Shown here: one piece after another, positions 1 to 8,516 of the stretch
How positions within the stretch are numbered: the stretch's first letter is position 1
Layout: every line of letters begins with the position of its first letter
NCBI GenBank assembly: GCA_944390885.1
Contig: CALXRP010000008.1
Span: 5,019 to 69,018, forward strand
DNA length: 64,000 bases
Reading direction: 5' to 3'
Source of the DNA: an uncultured Alphaproteobacteria bacterium
Lineage (GTDB): Bacteria > Pseudomonadota > Alphaproteobacteria > RF32 > CAG-239
Made by a program: the position numbers and the translations under genes
Notes under the pieces: model-generated
What the model saw: the letters and a program-made list of their open reading frames with translations, nothing else
Told to the model about the DNA's origin: nothing
Databases searched by the model: none

Positions 1-2
1 TA

Positions 3-767
3 AAAGCGGATGATGTAAAGCCGGAGGAAGGGCGTTTTCGTCTTTTCGGTCAGTCGTCTGCGGAAGGAAAAGGTTCTGCGCAGAACTTTGTGCAAAACCC
101 GAATATGCCCGCTCAGCAGTCAGCTGGCGCCCAACCGGTTCAAAATCCGGCGTTCAATGCTGTTACTGCGGCTTCTTCCGGCAATAATACGGATATAGCG
201 GCAGAAGTAACCAAAAATGCAACAACGGAAGTCAAAAGCGTTCAGATGGCTCAGGCCGCCGGCGGCAGCGAATTTGTCAATGCGGCCAAGGCCAGAACGG
301 CGGAACAATTGAAATCCCCGGTTAATGACACATATAAAGGAATGAGTCGCGAAACCGTAGAGCAGGTTAAGGTCAATATCACCAAATCGGCAGTTAAAGG
401 CGTTGATAAGATTGATATTTCATTAAAACCGGAAGAACTCGGGCATATTGAAATAAAAATGCACTTGGCCAAAAACGGCAAATTACAGGCCGAAATCATC
501 GCCAGCCGTCCGGAAACAATGGAGATGCTCCAAAAAGAGGCACAGAGTTTGCAAAGATCTTTTGAAGATGCCGGTTTCCAGACGGACGAAAACAGCCTGA
601 GCTTCAGCTGTCGGGAAGATAATGCCCAGTCCGGACAGCAGGAACGCAACTATGAAATGCGCCGCTTTATCGGAGAGGCTCTGGACGGCGATTTTAGTAA
701 CGACAATTTGTCCGGCTATGCAGAAAGCAGCTGGGACGGTCAATCCGGATTGAATATTCGGGTTTAG
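3..767 (+). CDS. fliK: Flagellar hook-length control protein FliK, C-terminal part. The ORF is open from the window start, so it is 5'-truncated by the window edge.
   Basis: The frame starting at position 3 is open from the window edge. The C-terminal region (DKIDISLKPEELGHIEIKMHLAKNGKLQAEI...) matches the FliK/Flg_hook C-terminal domain. It lies immediately upstream of flgD-flgE. Confidence 0.6.
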   Translation, partial: KADDVKPEEGRFRLFGQSSAEGKGSAQNFVQNPNMPAQQSAGAQPVQNPAFNAVTAASSGNNTDIAAEVTKNATTEVKSVQMAQAAGGSEFVNAAKARTAEQLKSPVNDTYKGMSRETVEQVKVNITKSAVKGVDKIDISLKPEELGHIEIKMHLAKNGKLQAEIIASRPETMEMLQKEAQSLQRSFEDAGFQTDENSLSFSCREDNAQSGQQERNYEMRRFIGEALDGDFSNDNLSGYAESSWDGQSGLNIRV

Positions 768-785
768 GTTAAAAGGAGAAAGAAA

Positions 786-1556
786 ATGACAACAGATATC
801 AGCTCGATTACAGGCTATGCAACAAGTAATGCGACGACAAATTCTGCAAGCCAGCAGCTCTCTGCTGATATGAACACTTTTTTGCAGCTTTTGACCACGC
901 AGTTACAATATCAGGATCCTCTTGATCCGATGGATACGGCAGAATTTACCAACCAGCTGGTTCAATATTCCAGTGTTGAACAAGCCATCCAGACCAATAG
1001 CAAATTAGACACGCTGCTGCAGTTAAATGTTTCCAACCTTGGAGCTCAGGCTGTATCGTATATCGGCAAAACCGTTCAGGTTTTGGGCGATGTTATGCCT
1101 TTGGAAAACGGCAAAGCTAAAGCAGCCTATACCTTGGACAAAGATGTTCAAAGTGTAACAATTACCGTTAAAGATATGAGCGGCAATGTCGTCTACTCCG
1201 AAACCGGAGAAACCAGCAGCGGAACACACGAATTTACTTGGGACGGCAAAGATTCTAACGGCAATCAGCTGCCGGACGGAGCTTATCAGATTGTTGTTGG
1301 CACGAAAGTTGCAAGTGGAGAAACAAGCGCTAATGTAACGACAACGGTCTTCGGACGTGTAACCGGTATTGCCAGCGATTCTTCAAATGTTTATGTCGGG
1401 CTTGGTGATGCTGTAACGGCCACTTTGGGCGACATTCTCACAATCCGGGAAGACGATTATTTTGACAAAGATACGTCAACGCCTGAAACGCCGGACGATG
1501 GAACGGGTGAGGGTACGGACGATGAGGAAGAACCGGTACAGTTGCCGAGCGAATAA
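786..1556 (+). CDS. flgD: Flagellar hook capping/assembly protein FlgD.
   Basis: The N-terminal FlgD motif is present (FLQLLTTQLQYQDPLDPMD...EFTNQLVQYSSVEQ). An RBS (aaggagaa) sits upstream and the gene lies between fliK and flgE. Confidence 0.8.
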   Translation: MTTDISSITGYATSNATTNSASQQLSADMNTFLQLLTTQLQYQDPLDPMDTAEFTNQLVQYSSVEQAIQTNSKLDTLLQLNVSNLGAQAVSYIGKTVQVLGDVMPLENGKAKAAYTLDKDVQSVTITVKDMSGNVVYSETGETSSGTHEFTWDGKDSNGNQLPDGAYQIVVGTKVASGETSANVTTTVFGRVTGIASDSSNVYVGLGDAVTATLGDILTIREDDYFDKDTSTPETPDDGTGEGTDDEEEPVQLPSE

Positions 1557-1587
1557 TTATTAAAAAAGATGCTTTAGGAGAAAAGAA

Positions 1588-3807
1588 ATGAGTTTATTTG
1601 GTGCATTACAGTCTGGTATTTCGGGATTAGCCGCCCAGTCTAACGCGATGGGTGCAATCTCTGACAATATCGTCAATGTAAACACGGTAGGGTACAAAAA
1701 TAACAATACCTCCTTTCAGACCCTCGTAACCAAGCAGACTTCAAGTTCATATTATTCCCCGGGCGGCGTACAGCCGGTTTCCAAACAAGGGATTAATGTT
1801 CAGGGGTTGTTGTCGTCTGTATCTTCTTCCACGGCTGTGGCCATCAGCGGCAATGGTTATTTTGTCGTCAATCAGGCTGCCAATCCGGGAGAAGGCGATT
1901 TGTGGGCTTATACCCGTGCCGGTGACTTTGATATCGATGAGTACGGCTATCTGGTAAATACCGGTGGTTTTTATGCTCAGGGATGGTCTTTGTTGCCGTG
2001 GGACGGCAACGCTCAGGCCAGCACGGTCGAAATCAACGGTATCACCTATATGAAAGCCTACTATGACAGCAACGGGGATACGGTATATATCAATGACAAC
2101 ATTATCGATTCCCGCAACCTGCGCCCGATTAACCTGGCCACAATCGGCGGTACGGCGACGGCTACCACACAAATCAGTTTTGGTGCCAATCTTCCGTCCG
2201 GCGATGAAATTTATGATTCAGTAACCGGAACCGGCGGCCATCATAAAATTTCCGCTCTGATTTATGACAGCTTGGGCAATGCCAGCAATATGAGCCTGAA
2301 CTATTACAAGACCAGTGCCAACGGCTGGAGTATGAGTACATCCGTTCCGAGTGGGGCTTCCAATGTTAGCTTGCACACGCAAATCCGCGGTCAGGATCAG
2401 GTATATGCTGCTGCCGGCCAGCTTGAGTTTACCTCCATTCCGGAGACTGGTTCGGTTATCAGTATTACCACCAACGGAACAACTTATAACTTCCAGTTCG
2501 GTAATGGCACAATTACAGATCCGACAATGCAGGGAACAAATGTTGGCGTTGATATTACTTCTGCCGTATCTGTTGCCGAATTTTCAGAGATTTTTGTTAA
2601 TGCATTGAAAAATACACTGCCGGAAGGAGACAGGTTTGCTGTTCAGACTAACGGTATCAGCATTACCCAGTCTTCTACCGGTGACGCTCTGCGTATTGAT
2701 GCCAGCCGGGCCTTGTCCTGCGTCCAAAGTTCTTCTAACCCGAACGAACTGACGGGCATTCCGACCGGTATCTTTACAATTGATAAAGTTTCAGAAATGC
2801 TGACCAATGGTGCGGTTATTAACTTTACCTCCACAACACCGGGCAATTATGTCGGCAAAACCATAGAGATTAATGACGTTACCTTTGAATTTGTCAATGG
2901 CGGCGCGGCGACGGGTGGCAATGTTGCTGTCGATATCAGAGGCCTGATAGATGGCGGAAATGTTTCTCCGAATGATGTTGTTAATAAACTTGTTTCAGAG
3001 ATTCAAGACGCAGACAACGGCATTATTGAGCCGGGACGTTTTGTCGCCAGTGGTTCTTCTTTGCAAATCCTGCCGACGTCGACCGGCCCTGATATTGAAC
3101 TGACGGCCAACCTTACCGGTATTGCCAACGGCAGAGTTCGTAATGATGGCGGCGTATGGGAAAATTTAGGCACGGGAGCGGTAACCATTGCCAATGAGTT
3201 TGTCGTTGACGAACAAGTCGAGCAAGGATCGATAGTTCCGGCCGTTCGTTTTGACTCGCAAGGTACCCCGAAACAATATTATGTTTCCGAAATGTCAATC
3301 GAATGGGCGAACGGCGCTTTGGATATGACCGGCGCTCAGAATGAAGGTGTAAGAATCACCTTGGATATGGGCAACCTGGGAACCAACGATGGTTTAACCA
3401 ACTTATCCGGAGACTTCACAACCAACTATATCAACCAGGACGGTGCCAAATTCGGAAGCTATTCCGGCGTCAGTATTGATGAATCCGGCGTTGTAACGGC
3501 TTTGTTTGATAACGGTGAAACCCGTCCGATTGCAATCCTGCCGCTGGCAACTTTTGCCAATCCGAACGGCATGGAGTCTCTGACCGGTAATGCCTGGATT
3601 GAAACGGATTATTCCGGACAGGCCTTGCTGAAGAGAGCCGGTAGCGACGGTGCCGGAGAGATTTCTTCCAATGCCTTGGAAAGCTCAACCGTCGACCTGG
3701 CAACCGAGTTTTCCAATATGATTGTAACCCAGCGGGCATATTCGGCCGCTACCAAAATCATTACGACAGCCGATGAAATGCTCGATGAATTAACCAGATT
3801 GACTTAG
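1588..3807 (+). CDS. flgE: Flagellar hook protein FlgE. It is a long form of 739 aa with a large internal insertion.
   Basis: The N-terminal flagellar basal-body rod/hook motif is present (MSLFGALQSGISGLAAQSNAMGAISDNIVNVNTVGYK). The conserved C-terminus is present (STVDLATEFSNMIVTQRAYSAATKIITTADEMLDEL). The central ~300 aa is an extra repeat-containing domain. Confidence 0.85.
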   Translation: MSLFGALQSGISGLAAQSNAMGAISDNIVNVNTVGYKNNNTSFQTLVTKQTSSSYYSPGGVQPVSKQGINVQGLLSSVSSSTAVAISGNGYFVVNQAANPGEGDLWAYTRAGDFDIDEYGYLVNTGGFYAQGWSLLPWDGNAQASTVEINGITYMKAYYDSNGDTVYINDNIIDSRNLRPINLATIGGTATATTQISFGANLPSGDEIYDSVTGTGGHHKISALIYDSLGNASNMSLNYYKTSANGWSMSTSVPSGASNVSLHTQIRGQDQVYAAAGQLEFTSIPETGSVISITTNGTTYNFQFGNGTITDPTMQGTNVGVDITSAVSVAEFSEIFVNALKNTLPEGDRFAVQTNGISITQSSTGDALRIDASRALSCVQSSSNPNELTGIPTGIFTIDKVSEMLTNGAVINFTSTTPGNYVGKTIEINDVTFEFVNGGAATGGNVAVDIRGLIDGGNVSPNDVVNKLVSEIQDADNGIIEPGRFVASGSSLQILPTSTGPDIELTANLTGIANGRVRNDGGVWENLGTGAVTIANEFVVDEQVEQGSIVPAVRFDSQGTPKQYYVSEMSIEWANGALDMTGAQNEGVRITLDMGNLGTNDGLTNLSGDFTTNYINQDGAKFGSYSGVSIDESGVVTALFDNGETRPIAILPLATFANPNGMESLTGNAWIETDYSGQALLKRAGSDGAGEISSNALESSTVDLATEFSNMIVTQRAYSAATKIITTADEMLDELTRLT

Positions 3808-3825
3808 TCTGATTAATCAAAATTT

Positions 3826-3862
3826 TCCCCTGAAGTCAGCCCCGTTTCCCCGCGGGGCTTTT
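3826..3862 (+). terminator. Rho-independent terminator after flgE.
   Basis: A GC-rich hairpin (agccccg tttcc ccgcggggct) is followed by a T-tract. Confidence 0.6.
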
Positions 3863-3945
3863 TTATTTGTCAGTTTTTCTTAAAGACGGAAAAAGAAACA
3901 CAAGGCGTTAAAAAACTTGCAATAAAAAAAATATCCTGTATTGTA

Positions 3946-4346
3946 AGACCCGGGCAATCGGATAGCTGCGCCGCGGAATGTAAGATCCGCCGGTGAGGAA
4001 AGTCCGGGCTTCACGGAGGCAGGGCACCAGATAACGTCTGGCTGGAGAAATCCAAGGGAAAGTGCCACAGAAAATTACCGCCCTCTATACGGGGGTAAGG
4101 TTGAAAAGGCGAGGTAAGAGCTCACCGCGGTTTTGGTAACAAAACCGGCCAGGAAAACCCTGCTCGATGTAAGACCAAGTTAGGACGGTTTTCTTTATGA
4201 AAACCAGCATGAAGCGCCTCCGCTTCTTCCAGAGGTAGGTCGCGATGAGCCGGACAGTGATGTTCGGCCGAGATGAATAGCTATCGTCATGATATTTCGG
4301 TAGCAGGAATATTAATGATACAGAACCCGGCTTACAGATTGCCCTA
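3946..4346 (+). ncRNA. rnpB: RNase P RNA (bacterial type A M1 RNA).
   Basis: Conserved RNase P motifs are present: GGAAAGTCCGGGCT, AGGGCA, the GGTAA.AGCTCACC region and ACAGAACCCGGCTTA near the 3' end. A P1 pairing (gggcaatc ... gattgccc) brackets the molecule. A sigma70-like promoter (TTGCAA-16-TATTGT) lies ~7 nt upstream and a T-tract follows. Confidence 0.85.
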
Positions 4347-4439
4347 TTTTCTTGTTTGACTTCTTGATATTTGATTTGCAAATTCCGACTCTTTAGTGTA
4401 AAACTAAAAACATTAAAAATAAGTGGGAAAATAAAACAA

Positions 4440-5291
4440 ATGCAGCAAACGCTCAAAAATTCTTTGCAAATTAACGGTATCGGCCTGCATTCCGGCCTGC
4501 CTGTTCAGCTGGCAATACACCCTGCGCCGGCAGACAGCGGTATTGTCTTTTGCCGGACGGACCTGCCGGAAAAGCCGTTGATTCCTGCCCGCTATGATTA
4601 CGTTGTCGATACCCGCAACTGCACTTGCCTGGGAGATAAAAAGGGCAATGTCGTTTCAACAATCGAGCATATTATGGCAGCTTTGTCCGTTGCCGGGATA
4701 GACAATGCCGTTATCGACGTTGACGGACCCGAAGTTCCGATTATGGACGGCAGCGGCAAAATTTTTTATGACGCTTTGTTTGCGGCTGAAAAAGAAAAAC
4801 AGGCTTCTCCCCGCAAATATGTCAAGGTGCTGAAAACGGTCAGCTTTACCGATGAAAAAGGCAATACGGCAGAACTGTCTCCGGCAGAAGAGGGACTGAG
4901 AGTTTGCTTTGAAATAGACTTCCCGTCCAAAATTGTTGGGCATCAGTGCTTTAACGATGCCATAACGCCGCAGATTTTTGCAGAAAAAATCGCACCCTGC
5001 CGGACGTTTACCGAAAAATCCGCCGTCGATTATCTGCAGTCTTTGGGGCTGATCAAAGGCGGAAGTTTGGATAATGCCGTTGTTTTAGACGGTGAGCAAA
5101 TCTTAAATCCGGGAGGCTTCCGGGTAGAAAACGAATGCGTCAATCACAAGGTTTTGGATGCTGTCGGCGATATGTTCAGCGCCGGGCATCAGATAATCGG
5201 TCAGCTGCATGCCAGCCGTACCGGACATTTTCATAACAATCAGCTTTTAAGAAAGCTGTTTTCCGACAGTTCCAACTATAAAATCATTTAA
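4440..5291 (+). CDS. lpxC: UDP-3-O-acyl-N-acetylglucosamine deacetylase LpxC.
   Basis: The N-terminus (MQQTLKNSLQINGIGLHSGLPVQLAIHPAPADSGIVFCRTDL) matches the LpxC family. The start was chosen at the ATG that aligns with LpxC N-termini; the ORF-track start is further upstream. Confidence 0.85.
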   Translation: MQQTLKNSLQINGIGLHSGLPVQLAIHPAPADSGIVFCRTDLPEKPLIPARYDYVVDTRNCTCLGDKKGNVVSTIEHIMAALSVAGIDNAVIDVDGPEVPIMDGSGKIFYDALFAAEKEKQASPRKYVKVLKTVSFTDEKGNTAELSPAEEGLRVCFEIDFPSKIVGHQCFNDAITPQIFAEKIAPCRTFTEKSAVDYLQSLGLIKGGSLDNAVVLDGEQILNPGGFRVENECVNHKVLDAVGDMFSAGHQIIGQLHASRTGHFHNNQLLRKLFSDSSNYKII

Positions 5292-5302
5292 GGAATGAAC
5301 CC

Positions 5303-6049
5303 ATGAAAAAACTTTTCGGACTTTTTGCAGTTTTATTTGGTTTGAGTTTGATAAGCGCTTGTGCAAGCACGCCCGAGGTCAACGAGAACGCTTCGGCAGA
5401 AGACCTTTATACACAGGCTCATCAGCTTTTGGAAAAAACATCTTATGCCAAAGCTGCGGAAACTTTTGAAAAAGTCGAACTGGAACACCCTTATTCCAAA
5501 TGGGCGACCAAGGCCAAACTGATGGGCGCTTATGCTTATTACAAAGACCAGAAATACGATGACGCCATCCTGAGCTTGGACCGCTTTATTAAATATCACC
5601 CGGGCAACCAAGATACGCCCTATGCTTATTATCTGAAAGCCCTGTGCTATTATGAGCAGATTGTAACGGTAGACAAAGACCAGAGTAACACTGCAAAAGC
5701 CAAAGAGGCGTTTGAACAGGTCATCAACCGTTTTCCTGACAGCGAATACGCCCAGGATGCCAAGCTGAAAATTGACCTGACCAATGACCACCTGGCCGGA
5801 AAAGAAATGGAAGTCGGACGTTACTACCTCAAGCAGAAAAACTATCTTTCGGCGCTGAACCGTTTTTCGGTTGTTGTAAATGAATATCAGACCACCAGCC
5901 ATATTGAAGAAGCTCTTTACCGCCAGGTAGAAATTTATACCATTCTCGGTTTGAATTCTGAGGCTCGCACGGCGGCCAAGGTTTTGGCCTACAACTATCC
6001 TGACGGCAAATGGACAAAGAAAGCCAAGGGGATTATCGGGAGCAAATAA
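5303..6049 (+). CDS. bamD: Outer membrane protein assembly factor BamD (TPR lipoprotein).
   Basis: A lipoprotein signal with lipobox (LISAC) is present, with TPR-like repeats. The lpxC-bamD-recN order is typical of alphaproteobacteria. Confidence 0.75.
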   Translation: MKKLFGLFAVLFGLSLISACASTPEVNENASAEDLYTQAHQLLEKTSYAKAAETFEKVELEHPYSKWATKAKLMGAYAYYKDQKYDDAILSLDRFIKYHPGNQDTPYAYYLKALCYYEQIVTVDKDQSNTAKAKEAFEQVINRFPDSEYAQDAKLKIDLTNDHLAGKEMEVGRYYLKQKNYLSALNRFSVVVNEYQTTSHIEEALYRQVEIYTILGLNSEARTAAKVLAYNYPDGKWTKKAKGIIGSK

Positions 6050-6054
6050 ACAAA

Positions 6055-7719
6055 ATGCTGCAATCGCTGTCTATCCGCAATGTTGTGCTTATTGACAAGC
6101 TGGATTTGGATTTCAAACCCGGTCTGAGCGTGCTGACCGGTGAAACCGGCGCCGGAAAGTCGATTCTGCTGGATTCCGTCGGACTGGTGCTCGGCAATCG
6201 GGCCGAAACCTCGCTCATCCGCCACGGCGAAGACAAACTGGCCGTTGCTGCATCTTTTTCTCTGCCCAAAGCAGAAAGCCCGCTGTGGTCGCTTTTTAAA
6301 GAAAACGAGCTGGAAGTTGAAGATGAGCTGATTATCAAACGCGTTTTGTCACGTGACGGCAAAGGCAAAATTTTTGTAAACGATCAGCCCGTCAGCGCCA
6401 AATTATTAAAAGAGATTGGCAAATATCTGGTAGAAATCCACGGACAATTTGATAATCAGGGACTGTTAAATCCGGCCAATCACCGCGATGTTCTGGACGC
6501 CTTCGGAGCATATCCGTTTTTGCTTGAGAATGCCAAAAACAAATTCATGGCTTACCGTTCGGCCAAAAAGGCGCGTCAGGAGGCGGAAGAAAATATTTTG
6601 CACGCCAAAGACGAGGAGGAAAATCTGCGCCATTGGATTGCGGAGCTTGAAAAAATAAATCCGGTTGCCGGTGAGGAAGACGAGCTTGGCAAACGCCGTC
6701 TGGAACTGATGAATGCCGAAAAAATTATTGAAAATCTGAATTATGCTTACGGAGCTTTAACCCAGGGCGCCGATGTTTTATCGGCTCTGCGTCAGGCACA
6801 ATCGGCCATTTATAAGGCCAATGATATGGTAGACGGCAAATATTCCGATATTATAGACGCCTTGGAACAGGCAATGATTGAGGCGGATGAAGCCGTTAAT
6901 CAGATTGAGAATGCTTCTTCCAATGTGGCGGTAGATACCAATGAACTGGAAGAAATTGAAAGTCGTTTGTTTGCTTTGCGCGGTCTGGCACGCAAACATC
7001 AGGTCGAAATAGATGCTTTGCCGCAGGTCTTGGTGGATTTTAAGCAAAAACTCAATAACATCGAATTTGGCGAAGAAGGACTGATTAAACTGCGTAAGGA
7101 AGAAGACGCCGCCAAGCTTGAATATGTCAAAGCGGCCAACGAACTGTCACAGGCCAGACAACAAGCTGCCGCCAAACTGGACGCTGCCGTTATGCAGGAA
7201 CTGCCGCCGCTGAAAATGGAAAAAGCCAAATTTGTTACTCAGTTCGGAAAGCTGGAAGAAGGAAGCTGGGGCGAAAACGGATTTGACACGGTTACATTTA
7301 CGGTTGCAACAAACCCGAACTCGCCGCAAGGGCCGATCAATAAAATTGCTTCCGGCGGAGAGCTGGCGCGTTTTATGCTGGCCTTAAAAGTTAACCTGGC
7401 TCAAAGCTCCAGCGTAGAAACAATGATTTTTGACGAGGTTGATGCCGGAGTAGGCGGTGCAACGGCACAAGCCGTGGGAGAAAGACTGGCGCGCCTGGCA
7501 CAGGGAGTTCAGGTTTTGGTGGTTACCCACTCGCCGCAAGTTGCTGCCAGAGGAAATAATCATTTCAAAGTCGAAAAAAATACTGTCGACAATATTACGA
7601 CAACCCGCGTCCGCGAATTGAGTAATGACGAAAAATGCGAAGAAATCGCCCGGATGCTGGCCGGCGAAACAGTCTCTGATGAAGCGCGAGCAGCAGCAAA
7701 AGTCCTGCTCAGTGCATAA
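6055..7719 (+). CDS. recN: DNA repair protein RecN.
   Basis: The N-terminus (MLQSLSIRNVVLIDKLDLDFKPGLSVLTGETGAGKSILLD) carries a Walker A motif. The protein is a coiled-coil SMC-like protein with a C-terminal signature region. Confidence 0.85.
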   Translation: MLQSLSIRNVVLIDKLDLDFKPGLSVLTGETGAGKSILLDSVGLVLGNRAETSLIRHGEDKLAVAASFSLPKAESPLWSLFKENELEVEDELIIKRVLSRDGKGKIFVNDQPVSAKLLKEIGKYLVEIHGQFDNQGLLNPANHRDVLDAFGAYPFLLENAKNKFMAYRSAKKARQEAEENILHAKDEEENLRHWIAELEKINPVAGEEDELGKRRLELMNAEKIIENLNYAYGALTQGADVLSALRQAQSAIYKANDMVDGKYSDIIDALEQAMIEADEAVNQIENASSNVAVDTNELEEIESRLFALRGLARKHQVEIDALPQVLVDFKQKLNNIEFGEEGLIKLRKEEDAAKLEYVKAANELSQARQQAAAKLDAAVMQELPPLKMEKAKFVTQFGKLEEGSWGENGFDTVTFTVATNPNSPQGPINKIASGGELARFMLALKVNLAQSSSVETMIFDEVDAGVGGATAQAVGERLARLAQGVQVLVVTHSPQVAARGNNHFKVEKNTVDNITTTRVRELSNDEKCEEIARMLAGETVSDEARAAAKVLLSA

Positions 7720-7908
7720 AATAAAAAATTAAATAGTTTTTCTCAATAAGGACTCATATTTCTTATCAAGAATAAAGTCTTCATATAAAAAATAATATAA
7801 TTTTTTCTGGCCTTAAAATCCATATGGAAAAGGCAAATATAATTTTCTTTCTATTTAACCGGTTTAATCAAATATATACAAAATATATTATATATTTTTC
7901 AATAAATA

Positions 7909-8004
7909 TTGACATTGTTTTTGTGGTGTGCTATTATTTTATATGAAAACACTCTCATGAGTATTTTCTCCGGCCTCGTTTTTCATCGGCTTAGAGGCCG
8001 GAGA
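7909..8004 (+). promoter_or_regulatory. Near-consensus sigma70 promoter followed by a stable hairpin. This may be a small-RNA candidate.
   Basis: The promoter is TTGACA (7909-7914), a 17 nt spacer and TATTAT (7932-7937). Inverted repeats tctccggcctc / gaggccggaga span 7967-8004. No convincing ORF follows before the repeat array. Confidence 0.3.
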
Positions 8005-8400
8005 TTCCCTACACGGCAGGAGGCCGGATCAGTTATCAATACTGAAACGCAGAGACCGCAATGCTGTGACGGGATTTGTGAATGGTAAGGTGCTTTGAAG
8101 TATTTGTCATTCTCGGCACATTATTTTTCTGTCATTCTCGGGCTTGACCCGAGAATCCAGATAAATAAATGGCCTTATTATTGACTTGGATTGCCGGGTG
8201 TAAATTCCCGCAAGCGGGCCCCTTTCGTCCCGTAGGGTTCGAACTTCGTACAAATCTAAGCTAAAGCTAAGGATTTGCACTTGTTCTCACCAACTATCGA
8301 CTTCAAGTCCGGCAATGACTAGAAAAAATAAAGTGCCCGGCAATGACAAAGAAAAAAGGACGACAATACAGAAAAGAATTTTTATTAACCATTCTGAGCA
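7960..8400. repeat. Mosaic array of short palindromic intergenic repeats, array 1. Units follow a GTCATTCTCGGG-loop-CCCGAGAATCC pattern, and GCCCGGCAATGAC half-units are also present.
   Basis: The palindrome gtcattctcgggcttgacccgagaatcc lies at 8131-8158 and a half copy at 8106-8119. gtccggcaatgac and gcccggcaatgac units lie at 8300-8345. The same units recur at 41.6-41.9 kb and 50.1-50.5 kb. Confidence 0.8.
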
Positions 8401-8516
8401 GCATGCTGCTCAAGAAAAAGAAAAGAGCAACGCGTAAGCTTTGGCACGATGATGACAATCGATCGGGGTTTTGTTGCCTCACCCGCTGAAACGTTTGCTT
8501 AGGAAGGAGACCGAAA

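Noticed and set aside
5333-5902. A 189 aa minus-strand ORF inside bamD. Similar antisense ORFs lie at 43258-43869 within rng, at 57872-58488 within scoB, at 58499-59167 within scoA, at 50480-51233 within phoR, and at 32926-33569 within clpB.
   Set aside because: All are antisense or embedded within confidently identified conserved genes and lack homology signatures.
8200-8290. tRNA-like T-arm sequence (cccgtagggttcgaacttcgta) within repeat array 1, and the possibility of a tmRNA gene given the nearby smpB.
   Set aside because: I could not fold a complete cloverleaf or acceptor stem with CCA. No tag-peptide reading frame or permuted tmRNA pieces were evident. It is likely a degenerate fragment or a coincidence.
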